Assembly (NCBI RefSeq): GCF_009914755.1
Contig: NC_060947.1
Direction: 5' to 3' (one strand)
From: the human T2T-CHM13v2.0 reference genome, Homo sapiens
DNA: 64,000 bases
Made by a program: the position numbers and the translations under genes. Of this stretch, positions 30,158 through 43,875 are shown piece after piece. Position 1 is the first letter of the stretch, and each line of letters opens with the position of its first letter. Below the pieces are notes generated by a model, which did no database searches, had not been told where the DNA came from, and was given only the letters and a program-made list of their open reading frames with translations.

Positions 30158-31652
30158 TGTGCACCAAAAATAAAGTTCTAAGCTCCCCAACTAATTGAAT
30201 GGTCCCTGCTCTTGGCCAAGGGCATTCCAAATAAACCTAAAAAATATAGTTCAGACCATGATGGGAATGGGTGGTTGGACATACCTCATTACACACTTCT
30301 CCTTTTGGAATTCAGGCACAGCTGGCCAGCATTCACATTAAAACAGAGACCTTAAGACTGATTAAACAGACTCTTTGTAACTTGTAATGTGACTCTGGTC
30401 TCTATCCCCAATTTCTAAGCTTCTACTATGCTCCACCATGTGTGATGGTTAATATTGAGTGTCAACTTGATTAGATTGAAGGATGCAAAGTATTATTCCT
30501 GGGTGTGTCTGTGAAGGTGTTGTCAAAGGAGATGAACATTTGAGTCAGTGGCCTGGGAAAGGCAGACCCACCCTCAATCTGGTGGGCACCATCTCATCAG
30601 GTGCCAGTGTGGCTAGAATAAAAGCAGGCAGAAGAACGTGGAAGGACTAGGCTGGCTGAGTCTTTTGGCCTCCATCTTTCCCCTGTGCTGGATGCTTCCT
30701 GACCTTGAACATTGGACTCCAATTTCTTCAGCTTTTGGACTCTTGGACCTACACCAGTGCTTTAGCAGGGTCATCGACCACAGACTGAAGGCTGTACTGT
30801 TGGCTTCTGTACTTTTGAGTTTTTGGGACTCGGACTGGCTTCCTTGCTCCTCAGCTTGCAGATGACCTATTGTGGGACTTCACCTTGTGATCGTGTGAGT
30901 CAATACTTCTTAATAAGCTCTCTTTCGTGTATATATCTATCGTATTAGTCCTGTCCCTTTAGAAAACCCTGACTAATACACCATAGCAATCATTTTTTTC
31001 TTCACTTGGCTAATTTACAGGTGATGTAGTAAGATACATCACATGACAGATAGTGGACACTAAAGTAAAAGTATTTTACCCCAAAATATTTTTTATGTAT
31101 TTTAAAATGGCCCTGCAAAGCTGTCTCTTGTGGAGAAAATTTACATTCTGTGGAGAATGCCTTTCCCTTTCCAGGTGTCTTCCTGATCCAGGAGAGTTTA
31201 ACTAAGTGTATGCCACCTTTCAAAGTCCGATAAGAAATAGTTACCATCTATTCTCTCTGAAGCCTGCTACCAGGAGGCTTCATCTGCATAATAAGAACCT
31301 TGATCTCCACAACTCCTTATCTTAACCCAGACACTCCTTTCTATTGATTCCAGGTCTTTAGATAATAAATCTTTCAACCAATTGAGAATCAGAAAATTTT
31401 GAAATCTCCCTATGATGTGGAGACCTCCCATCACCAATTTGAGATGAAACCAATATACATCTTACAGGTATGGATTGATGTCTGTCTGTAACTTCTATCC
31501 CCTTAAAATGTATGGAATTAAGCTGTAACCCAACCACCCTGGGCACATGTGCTCAGGACCTCCTGAGGCTCTGACCTGGGCATGTCCTTTACTTTGGCAA
31601 AATAAATTCCTAAATTGATTGGGACTTGTCTCAGGTACTTTTCGGTTTTATA
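30158..31652 (+). mobile_element. MER4-family (ERV1) solo LTR, interrupted at ~30381-31025
   Basis: TGTGCACCAAAAATAAAGTTCTAAGCTCCCCAAC start, ...AAATAAATTCCTAAATTGATTGGGACTTGTCTCAG end; 4 bp TSD ATGT on both sides. Confidence 0.88.
30441..30980 (+). mobile_element. MLT2A (HERV-L) solo LTR
   Basis: TGTGATGGTTAATATTGAGTGTCAACTTG...CCCTGACTAATACA; TSD CCATG/CCATA. Confidence 0.93.
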
Positions 31653-32014
31653 ATGTGAAGGTGATACTGCCTTGTGTGGCTTACTAAGAGTACCTTGCTG
31701 AGGCAATATGTACATTTTTAAAAAGTTAGCAGATCTGCAAATCACTATGTCCTTACGAGAGATTACATGTTAGAAACTGCAAATTATGTTCAATTCAGCT
31801 TTTCATAAAAAATACCATTAACTGATAGCAGGGGGCATCTTTTACAGCTATCGGGTGTAGGTGCCAAATCTCTCCTGGCAGTTTCCAATTTTCAGGGAAT
31901 TTACAGCTGTTCAGCTGACATCCTCTGCAGTTCATTAAAGTCTCATGATGTCTGGTTTACCTCATTCTAATGTCTCTGCTATGCAGAATTTATTAAGAAG
32001 AAATATAACACAGA

Positions 32015-32308
32015 TTTTTTTTTTTTTTTTTTTTTTTGGAGAAAGGGTCTCACTCTGCTGCCCAGGCTGGAGTGCAGTGGTGCAATCATGGCTCAGTGTA
32101 GCCTCGACATCCTGGGATCAAGCAATCCTCCAGCCTCAGCCTCTCAAGTAGGCATGTACCGCCACACCCAGCTAATTTTAATATTTTTTGTAGAGATGGG
32201 GTTTTGCCATGTTGCCCAGACTGGTCTCAAACTCCTGGGCTCAAGTAATCTGCCGGCCTCAGCCTCCTAAAGTGTTGGGATTACAGGGATGAGCCACCAT
32301 ACCCAGCC
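32015..32308 (-). mobile_element. AluJ
   Basis: Antisense Alu with ~23 nt poly-T. Confidence 0.94.
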
Positions 32309-32499
32309 AAACAGTATTTTAAAATAGAACCCCTTCAACATATTCATCAATGTCTGAATCATGGTATGTAGTGTTTTTTTATTCTATCCTTTGGATAAAC
32401 TTTGATGTTCTTGAATAAACTCTGATGTCCTACTCACTTCTTCTACTTCCTATTTCAAACCACAGGCTTGGGCATTTATAAGTATTTAAATATGTCTAA

Positions 32500-34160
32500 G
32501 TTTTAAAAATACGGATCAACAAAATACCAACTCTTGAAACAAACGGTTAAATGTTTACAAGAAATATAAAATGAATAACTATACTATGGCTTATATGAAA
32601 TTATCTTAGTGCTGTAACATGAAGTTTGATTCTAAAAACACTAATTTTTCTGGAACAAACACAAACTCTAAAAAAAAGAGGGTTTATTTTTTGCCTAAGA
32701 TTAAGAGTTATATTTGGTTCTTTCCCTGGTTTTGAACAGAAGCCAATTTTGAAGTAAGCGAAAGGAAAAGGTAAGTAGGTTTGTAATACAACAAACATGC
32801 ATATGAGCAAATAAAAAGGAAAACTGTTCCTAGTTATTTTACATCTATAGAATATGTGTGAAAGAAGTTTGTATGAAAGATTATAAAATTATTAAATGCA
32901 AATATGATATATTTATTAAGCTTAAATTATCATACTAGAATATAACAATAAAAGACCGTCAAGGTCTTCACTGCTTACAAATTAAGCAACATTTTCCTAA
33001 ATATTCATTGGATCAAAGTGCTTACAATAAACTCCTCTGAGTGTTAGAATACAAAGTTGCATAATTCACACTGAATGCTAAAATACACGGTCACATCTAC
33101 ACTAAAATGAGATTATGCATATGCAAATGTTATGAACGATATTTTATTAAAGACAATTTTTGAACATGAGGAATGATATAGTCACTTTAAAAATTATAAA
33201 ATAAGGTTGTGGGAAAGCAGTATTGGTTCAGGTAACAATGACAAAACATTGTACAGAAAATAAGAAATAGTAGCGATTATGTATAAGTACAAATGCTGGT
33301 TCTTCGAAAAAAAATCAGGGAAATCACATCAATACAGACTCAGGAATAAGGAGAAAGTGGACAAAGTAGTAAGGTGTTAGAAATAAAAAGAAAAAAGAAG
33401 CACAAATAAAGAAGAGTTTTGACACAATGTAGAAGGAGGATTATAACTACCAATTAACACAAACGATTTTCAATATTTTTTATTGATTTTCATTGCAAAG
33501 TGTTTCACAACTAGAGTATCAAAGCTAAATTATACATGATTCCTTTACTCTACAAGTACACAAAACCAGATAATATTAATTCTATTTAAAGGAGAGTTCC
33601 CTGATCCATTTAATTAAATCATTATAAATTACTACCAAACCCCAATCAAGATAACAATAAAAGAACTACAGATCAGTAACTAATATATATTCCTGAATAC
33701 ATTTTAATAAATCACCATCAACAATATGCTGATAAAGCAATACGATATTGTCCAAATAGAGGGTATTACTGGAAATCATGTGCTTCATTTAAATACACGA
33801 TTCTATCAACACAATTGTGAAGAACAACACATGACTATCATGTTAGAAACTGGCTGGGCACAGTGGCTCATACCTGTAATCTGAATACTTTGGCGGTTCG
33901 AGGTAGACCAATCACTTAAGCCCAGGAGTTTGAGACAAGCCTGGACAATGTAGGGAAATTCTGTCTCTGCCCAAAATACAAAAAATTAGCTGGGCATGGT
34001 GGCATGCACCTGTAGTACCAAGTAGTCCTATAGTCCCAGTAGCTGGCTTAGCTACTCTGGAGGAGAGGCAAGAGGATCACTGGCATCCATCAGGTCGAAG
34101 CTGCAGTGAGCCATGATTGTGCCAATACACTCCAGCCTGGGTGACAGAGCCACATTCTGT

Positions 34161-34198
<38 letters not shown>

Positions 34199-34258
34199 AC
34201 TAATAAAGCAACTGATAAAATTAAAGATGAAATGTTAAAACTCTGTAAAGTTGAAAAC
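32500..34258 (+). mobile_element. Highly decayed L1M ORF2 remnants
   Basis: A-rich sequence with CTGGTTCTTCGAAAA, AAAGAACTACAGATCAGT and CACATGACTATCATG. Confidence 0.5.
33852..34197 (+). mobile_element. AluJ with A36 tail and a small internal duplication
   Basis: Dimeric Alu; extra TAGTCCTATAGTCCCAGTAG near 34020-34045. Confidence 0.92.
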
Positions 34259-34470
34259 CCTCCCAGGTTCAAGCGATTCTCCTGCCTCAGCCTCCTGCAT
34301 AGCTGGGATTACAGGCATGCACCAGCACACCTGGCTAATTTTTGTATTTTTAGTGGAGACGGGGTTTCACAATGCTGGCCAGGCTTGTCTTGAACTCCTA
34401 TCCCCCTTGATCCACCCATCTTGGCCTCTCAAAGTTCTGGGATTACAGGCATGTGCCATCATGCCAGGCC
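34259..34470 (-). mobile_element. AluS, lacking 3' end and tail
   Basis: Begins mid right arm at CCTCCCAGGTTCAAGCG and ends at CATGCCAGGCC. Confidence 0.9.
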
Positions 34471-35029
34471 ACTCAGGCCAGGTCTTTATGGGATGGGAAT
34501 GAATTATTCAACCAGATCCAGTTAGAGGTGTGGCCAGAGAAAAGCTAATTCATCTATGCACCTGTAACATTCAGGCTTCTCATAAACTGGCCAATTTATC
34601 TGTGTCTACATATTATGTTCCTTAAAAAATTGTTTCTCTTTTAGGTACAAATAGAGTTACTGAAGCTCAATAATTTGGATTCATGGCAATTATAAAATGT
34701 CGTGTGTTTAGGCACAGAGTTTCTTTCACATTCGACCAATGGCAAAACTAAGCACAATTTGGAATGCTTGTTGAACACAAAAGGCTTAATGAAGTATCCA
34801 AGCCATTTACTTCCTTAAAGGGACTCCCTTTCCAGGATTCCAAAATATCAGATGTAGTTGCAACCCAGTGTGGCACTCTTCAATATTTAAATTGGACTAA
34901 TGAGTATACACATTTAACTTTTCTGTACATGCACATGAATGAAAGCCTATCTAGATTTTTATGGTATGTGGTCGAAAGAGATAAATTTATTACACAGTAA
35001 TAGATGTTGCATTACTTTTGAAATCTTTG

Positions 35030-35399
35030 CTTACAAAAACAAGCAATAGGGAAAACACTCCTTATTCAATAAGTGGTGCTGGCATAACTGGCTAGCCATA
35101 TGCAGAAGATTGAAGCTGGACCCCTTCGTTACACCGTACACAAAAATCAACTCAAGATGGATTAAACACTTAAATGTAAAACCCAAAACTACAAAAACCC
35201 TGGAAGAAACAACAGACACTGGGATCTACCTGAAGGGGGTGGGTAGGAGGAGGGAGAGGAGCAGAAAAGATAACTATTGGGTACTGAGTTTAATACCCGG
35301 GTGATGTAATAATCTGTACAACAAACCCCCATGACATGTGTATATCTATGTAACAAACCTTCACGTATACCCCCAAACCTAAAATAAAATTTTTTTAAA
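35030..35399 (+). mobile_element. Older L1PA fragment: ORF2 piece joined to 3'UTR end
   Basis: ACAAAAACAAGCAATAGGG...AAAACCCTGGAAGAAAC fused to AACAGACACTGGG...AAACCTAAAATAAAA. Confidence 0.88.
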
Positions 35400-37743
35400 G
35401 AGATTTTGAATGTATCCCTGGATCCTTCCATACAGAACATCTGCCAATGGTTGTGCATGTAACTAACATGACACACCTTATTGTTAAATGTTTTAGAATT
35501 TCAATATAATGGAAATAAAGAGAAACTCTCTAAATTGTAAAATGGGTGGGTATTTATTTTTTGTTAATGAGGTCACATGGTTATCAGAGGAAAGATTCTA
35601 AGAATGTGATTTAACTGTATCATAGACCCGATGAGAACTCCAAAATTGTTTTTGGTTTCTTAAGCTTCAGATAAGAAACAACTGAAGGCAGCACAGATGC
35701 ATAAAGATGTATATTATTGGCTTAGAGTTTTCCTGAACAAGCCAGTTTGTGATTTTCTTCAGTAGTGCAGTCAGATATTCAATCACCATCATCTTAAGGA
35801 AAAAATGGTTGGCGTCTTTGTGCTTCATTTTGGATGATGAATTAAATCACCTTGTCATGAACTCCTGGGTCTTCATCTGTTATTACCAGTGTTTACAGGA
35901 AATGAGCGTTTGAACCTCATGTCTTTTCTGGGTTAAGGGCCATTTTGTTTGAGAGAATTACTGAAAGAAAGAGAAGCAGGACATCCACATAGAGAACACT
36001 TAAATCCATCAATGTCCTCTCTAAGTCTCTTGAGTCATTGTGAGGGTTCCTAGATCTGCTCAAGATGCCTCATGAAAAGATCCTTTATGCTGGCCATGAG
36101 AAAAGGGATGAGACATGCAAGTGTAAAAACTCGAATGTTCCTAATCTGTGAATGCTATAGCCTCCTACTTCCAGGTAAGACAAAGGCTCTTCGACTTTTG
36201 CCAGCCATTCATCAGAATCACCTGGAAAACTCATGGGAAAACCCATTCCTGGATCCCATGTCTAGCTTATCCATGAGATACAAGGACTTATGAAAATGTT
36301 TCGATGTTTTCTAAAATCAGAGGAAAATTTTTTTAATTTAAAATTTAAAAAAATCAGAGAATAAAATTGAACTTTTAAGTCAAAGAAATGTTTGAATATA
36401 GGATAGTAACTTATCTTTTTACCAACTCAGTCATAAAATATAGTATAAGTTTTCTTTTTACAATGGAGGAAGAAGCCCATATTTTCCTCCCACTGAGAGA
36501 AAAACAAGCAAACAACAAAACAACAAAAAATCTCACTCACCACAATGTTGGTTTTCATGAGTCAACATAGTAATCTCCATGCTATGGTGTCATGAAGCCC
36601 AAATTCTGCTCACCTCTGCTCATGCATTGCCAACTTGAAATTTTTCAATGTTGCTATCTCTATCTCTGATTTTCCAGACGTGACGGCCACAAGCAGCGTG
36701 CTTGGATGTCTTCAGCACTCAGCATTAGCAGATCTAAGCGTCAGACAAAAGAAAACGTACTCACAGAAATCCAGAAATGCTGTTTCAGTATATTCCAGTC
36801 AAGAAATAATCAACTTTGTATGAATAAATCTTATTTAGTGTAATATCAGTAAGGCAACAGCATACATTACCAAGCCTCCAGGACGTTAATTAGCACGTAA
36901 AATGCTGATAAATCGTATGTGTTGATTTTGAAGCAAGCCAAGGTTGATTTGTGAAAGAAGCAGTTAAATTTCAAAACAATCTTGAAATCTGAAATCCTAA
37001 AGTTTTATTGAATTTTCATATACCGTATATAAAGGCATACCTTTCTCTAGTTAACTATTATTTTTAAACATTAACAGGCACATTCAGCACTTTGCAGCCT
37101 GAATTAACAGAGTAACACCACAGACACATCAGAATGAAACAATAAAAACGACTACGATTGTTGCTAAATTATCTGTGTGTTTAGTATTCATTTTAGAATG
37201 TGAAGTATTTTTCAAAAGAAAATACTTCAGCAATATGAGGACAATTTAATGCTGATATTAAAATTATACAGTTTTTAAAATGTCAGCATAATAAAGTTGG
37301 TAACATAAATAATTCCTGCATGCATTGCTAAAGATTATCATTATTAAATTAAAACCTTATTGCTGTAAATTAAAACCAGCTCAGAATCCACTGATTTAGA
37401 GACTCTATAAAATATCATGAGACACTTAAATCTCATCTGAAAGCTCCCATTATAATCACAAATTACAATGAATACTGAAACCTGGTTTTCTAATTTATCA
37501 ACTCATAACTTGTTTCTTGCCTTCCTGTTAAATTATCCTGCTTGATTCCAATGGAAACTTAAATTAATAGCTTTTAAATCTATATTTAAGAGTTTTTTTT
37601 AAAAAAGCTGAATTATAACGTAGGATAAAGAAAATTATATTTTAAAGTGAATATTCATAACTCCAGAGAAAATTCTAAAAATACCTTATTAATATGTAAT
37701 ATTAACATATATTAAATTTTCAATATCATTTTAGAAAAAGTAA

Positions 37744-38067
<324 letters not shown>

Positions 38068-38721
38068 TAAAAATAGAGATTTATAATGTAGTTATGTCAA
38101 AATCTGAAATCCCAAAGTTTTATTTAATTTTCATATATAGTATATAAATTTTTTTAAATATAATAAAAATCTTTAAAACCAGATTTTTATGTAAAAATAA
38201 TGTGACAACTGATTAAGTTTGAATCTCTTTAATTTGCTGCATAAATTCAGTAGAAACAGTATATCTGTGGAATAGCAACCCTTCCTCCTGTAAGAACACT
38301 GATACCAATTCTTTCATTTCATTACATAATCATTTCCCCCAAAGAAAATGTAACCTCTACAAGAGCAAGGTATGCCTGGTACATAGTGAGTTCTCAATAA
38401 ATATATGCTCAGTGAAGGCATGAATGAATAAACCATAATTTATTGATAAATTACTAGTGAGGTTGAAAGATGAATCAAGTATGTTCATTGAATCTGATCA
38501 TTATTTTGCAATGCGAAATATTGGACTTTCCTCTTGGAGATGGCATACTAGAATATAGTAAGTTGGATTTAAACGGTGATTAAATTTCCTAAGCTTGTCT
38601 GTATCGTAATACATTTAGGTAAGTTGTCCAATATTTACAACTAAATTTACAATAAAAACAAAAATTGAGCTTTGAGCTTTGCTAGATTTCTATACCAACA
38701 TCGCTAACCTAAAATGCTATT

Positions 38722-39220
38722 TACCCAAAGGATTGTAAATCATGCTGCTATAAAGACACATGCACACATATGTTTATTGTGGCACTACTCACAATAGCAA
38801 AGACTTGGAACCAACCCAGATGTCCAACAATGATAGACTGGATTAAGAAAATGTGGCACATATACACCATGGAATACTATGCAGCCATAAAAAATGATGA
38901 GTTCATGTCCTTTGTAGGCACATGGATGCACATGGAAACCATCATTCTCAGCAAACTATCACAAGGACAAAAAACCAAACACCACATATTCTCACTCATA
39001 GGTGGGAACTGAACAATGAGAACATTTGGACACAGGAAAGGGAACATCACACACCGGGGCCTGTTGTGGGGTGAGGGGAGGGGGGAGGGATAGCATTAGG
39101 AAATATACCTAATGTAAATGACGAGTTAATGGGTGCAGCACACCAATATGGCACATGTATACAGATGTAACAAACCTGCACATTGTGCACATGTACCCTA
39201 GAACTTAAAGTGTAATAAAA
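38722..39220 (+). mobile_element. L1PA (PA3-PA5-like) 3' ~500 bp
   Basis: ORF2 C-terminus (MFIVALLTIAKTWNQPRCP...HIFSLIGGN), G-rich 3'UTR tract and AATAAA. Confidence 0.95.
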
Positions 39221-39307
39221 TATATATATATATAGTCAGTGACCTTGGGGAAAAAAAAACTATTTAGAGAAGGTTTTCACAAATCAATGATTTACATTAA
39301 AAAAAAT

Positions 39308-39408
39308 TTCTTTCTTTCTTTCATCTTTCTTTCTCTTTCTGTCTCTCTTCCCCCTCATTTCCTCCTCCCTACCTCTCTTCCTTTCTTTTCTTTTCTTTTT
39401 TGTTTTTA
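39308..39408. repeat. CT-rich low-complexity tract
   Basis: Polypyrimidine run. Confidence 0.8.
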
Positions 39409-40325
39409 ACTTGATGGCCTGTATATATATAAATGATCCTACTTGAATAAGAAGCTGTGTTTCCAAAGGGCTTTTATGACAAATAGTAACAAAATATTCC
39501 TAACTCTTTCTGGTCTATTTATGAAACCAATAGTCAATTTATGAAACCAGTCTGCTATGTGACAATTACATAAATTACTGCCACCATGCATACACCGGTC
39601 CCATTTGTCATAGGAGAGCAAACAGCTGGTGGAATTCTTTTCCATCTTTTGGAAACAATCTTTATAACACAATTTGATGTGAATACATGTACGCAGTTAA
39701 TTAAAACTCCCTTAATTTTACTTTTCTGCATAACTGTAAAACACTGCAAAGTATTATTACATTACCCATTTCTTCCCTCATTAATAAAATATAAAAAGAA
39801 TTAAACTAATATAATGCATACAGAAAATTATAAAGCTATAATTTTACTGTTACTTGATAGAGGTATTTATTGCTAAGTGGGAGAGAAAATATAAAAATCT
39901 CATGTTCATCTTTAGTATTTAAGTATAGCCTGTTTTAGCAACTAGAGAAGACCAAAACTTTTCCAAAAATAATTAATTAAAGATGTATTCAAAACCAAAT
40001 ATTAAGCCACGGGCATAGAAGTGACTTAGAAATAAATTAATTTCTCCCTCTGATATTTTAATCATCTGACTTCTATAATTTTAGGGACTCAAATTTTATA
40101 GCCACGCAGAAAGAGGACATGTTTAAACAAAACAGAACTCTTTGTAGAGTTTGTCATCTCTAAATGCTTAGATTTTAGTGTGAAATGAATGAAGTCATTC
40201 TACATTTTTTATTTAAATAAAATAGCTTAGAATTTAGCAACGAGTGCATGCTTATTATTCAAAAGCGACATAGAAAAGATAAAAAGATATAAACAATTAA
40301 AATGTTTTAAAAGAAATGTTTAACG

Positions 40326-40623
<298 letters not shown>

Positions 40624-41019
40624 TTAATGGGATGCTTACTTATCCAAATGCAGAGAAGAAAATACAGAGTGATGAAATAAAACAAAAAGTAGTTTAACTC
40701 CATGACTTGGTCTGGGTTCGCCTATGATGTTGGTTTTTGAATTTTCTATTGGGCTGTTTTGAACTAGACTTAACACCTTCAAGAATGCCAGGGACATTGG
40801 AGTTTATCTCAACTCAGATGACAGGAATAATGTACTAATGCTACAACTGTTCGTATAAGAAAATAAGACACAATTCTGTGACTTGTTGATTTGGAAGAAT
40901 CCGTAATCTTGAGAAAAGCACTGAGTAGTAGTTCAAAAATCAAGTACTTGTTAGGCAGGCAATGTGTTCCATTCTGGCGCCAATGCGTACAATGATCAAT
41001 GTTGTTCAGTTTCTTTAAT

Positions 41020-41135
41020 GCTAAGAACACCAATTTCCTCATAGGCAACATGAGCTAGTGATAAGGGCTATATGTGAAAGATTTAGCTCAGTGCTTGGCA
41101 CAAATAGGTTAACAAAAGCAGCTCTAGTGATAGCT
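41020..41135 (+). mobile_element. MIR fragment
   Basis: ATGTGAAAGATTTAGCTCAGTGCTTGGCACAAATAGG. Confidence 0.55.
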
Positions 41136-42075
41136 AAGAAAATTGCCCACATAACAGTGGGTAGTAAACTTGATTTGGGAGCATTTGGTAAGTTTGCCTT
41201 TAAAAGCAACTAAATAAAGCACAGAAAAATTGTGCAAGTACAAACTGAGGACATGAGAGGGGCATTTGTTTAATTCCTTTCACTTTTATGTGATGGTTAA
41301 TATCATTATTTAAATGTGACACGAGAGTCATGGTTAAAAAAAGATCCATATATTTGCTTTTGAGAGGAAATAAGATAAAAAGATGGATTTATATATCTTT
41401 CTTGAGAATGCTGTATCTCAGTTTTTCTTTTCATATTCAAACTGAAGCTGCGAACGTTTGCGACTGAGATGGGGACTCTGTAAAGAAAAATAACTTCAAT
41501 TTCATGAAACTTATTGTAGCTGATCATCTCTATGGAGTGCGGGATTTAAATCCCTTTGGTAGTTTTAATTACTCAAGTTCCCAGGAGACCAAGCCCTCTC
41601 TGGAGTAGTGACAGAAGAATCTGAGCTGATTCTGTGCTGGTTCACAGGAGTCAATTAAAGAAACCAATTACAGTTCCAAATGGTGTGAACACAGATTGAC
41701 CTAATTTGATCTCTGTTAAACAGGTACGCACACAACCCCATTTCCAGAACAAACTTAAACTTAGGAAAGAAACATGAAATGAATCCTCTCAACTAAGTTC
41801 AACCAACAAAAAAAAAAAAAAAAAAAAAAAAGGAAAAAAACCCCAGTAGGCATTATTTAAAATTGTACTGATGATATACAAAATGTGTACTCAATCCATA
41901 AATCACAATTTCTACTCTTTGTTCCTACTTTTATTTTCCATGGGTAGATCCTTTTATTATTATTATTGTTAATCTAATTATTGTGTCTTCAAATTAATTA
42001 ATGGCATTGCCTTAATTAATCTGCAATCCCATATGTTAAGTAGAGTGCCTCTTTATGAACAAGGAAAGGGAAACA

Positions 42076-42412
<337 letters not shown>

Positions 42413-43079
42413 TTAAAAAACATCTCTGAATAAGGGGCCAGAACTACACATGTATCAACAGCAACTATTTTAAACGGCAAACATTAAAGGAAATTTTAAT
42501 AAAAGGAACAAAGAAGAGAATACTTACTTTCAACATTATTTAACATGACCTTTCAGATTTTAGCAAACAGAAAAAGAACAAGTTAACAGCATGAACCGTA
42601 TAAATGAAAAGATATAGTTATTTCTGTTGATATAATCATATACAAGACAAACTGAGTAACAAGAAAAAGTAGAAACTAGCATTAATATTAGCATTTGGAA
42701 AACTAGCTGGCCACAATTAATTACCTTTAAAACATAATATATTTTTCTAGTCCAGTAATTAAGGGGAAAACAGAAACACAGTAATGATTTACAGTAAGAA
42801 AATAATATAGTCATCAAGAGCCATGAATAGTATCTAAGTATATGAAAAGTTAGCTTTTGATGAAAAACTATAACTAAAATTGTTCATGTGTATGAATGCG
42901 TGTATGTGTCATTCCATCCAATTCCAATGTAATGATTTTATTTCTAACTTGGGCAAAATAATCTTAAAATGCACTGAGAAAACAAATCACACAAATAGCC
43001 AAAATGCGGAAAAATATAATGGCTACAGAGTGTGCAGGGTAAAAGAACTTGTCTTGACAGGTACAAAAATGTACATCAT

Positions 43080-43371
43080 GGCCGGGCGTTGCACCTCAGG
43101 CCTGTAATCCCAGCACTTGGAGAGGCTGAGGCAGGTGGATCACTTGTGGTCAGGAGTTCGAGAACAGCCTGGCCAATGTGGTGAAACCCGGTATCTCCTA
43201 AAAATACGAAAATTAGCCAGGCGTGGTAGTGAGCACCTGTAATCCCAGCTACTCAGGAGGCTGAGGCAGGAGAATCATTGAACCCAGGAGGCGAAGGTTG
43301 CAGTGAGCTGAGATTGCACCACTGCACTTCAGCCTGGGAGACAGAGTAAGACTCCATCTCAAAAAAAAAAA
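43080..43371 (+). mobile_element. AluS inserted in old L1M
   Basis: Full Alu; TSD core GTACATC. Confidence 0.94.
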
Positions 43372-43875
43372 GTACATCCTGATCACCATCACAAGCTCCA
43401 TATATATCCATACAGGGTTGCAGAGAAAATTTGAGTGAACAAACTAGAAGATTAGAATTAGACGTCAGGGTGAATCTTTTCATCCTTTTGCTCTCAATAT
43501 AAACAGCATTGTTTCTGTCTCTCCTTTCACATTTTCTCCTTTGTAGAGCCTCAGCAGCACACCCTGCACACAGCTAGCTCCCCTTAGCCAACGCAGTGCA
43601 TAGTGCTTATTAGGAACAGCGCACCTCACTCGGGACAGACACAACCATGCACCAGGGCAGAGCTTGTAGAGTTGACCTTGATTTCAATCTTCCTTTGTCC
43701 CTGTCTGATGTGTTTTGCAGCAGCTGTAAACCCACACAACTGTATCTGTGGGCTTTTCCTTCAAAGCACCAATCCTCTGTGTGACCAACAATTGAACACA
43801 ACTCCGCCCATAAACACCAGTTATACTTATCCTTCAAAGCATTAATTATAACTGTAATTCTACTTTAATGTCTTT

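Noticed and set aside
32391-32430. 20 bp tandem duplication (a similar one lies at ~39517-39550)
   Set aside because: Ordinary two-copy slippage duplications.
38770-39012. 80 aa ORF matching L1 ORF2p C-terminus (also 49472-49867 and 35110-35304)
   Set aside because: Parts of 5'-truncated L1 copies lacking promoter, endonuclease and RT; annotated as mobile elements.
41289-41303. TGTGATGGTTAATAT identical to the MLT2A start
   Set aside because: Similarity stops after 15 bp; treated as chance.
41808-41839. Isolated poly-A tracts (also 44741-44759) as processed pseudogene tails
   Set aside because: No recognisable mRNA body or convincing TSD upstream.
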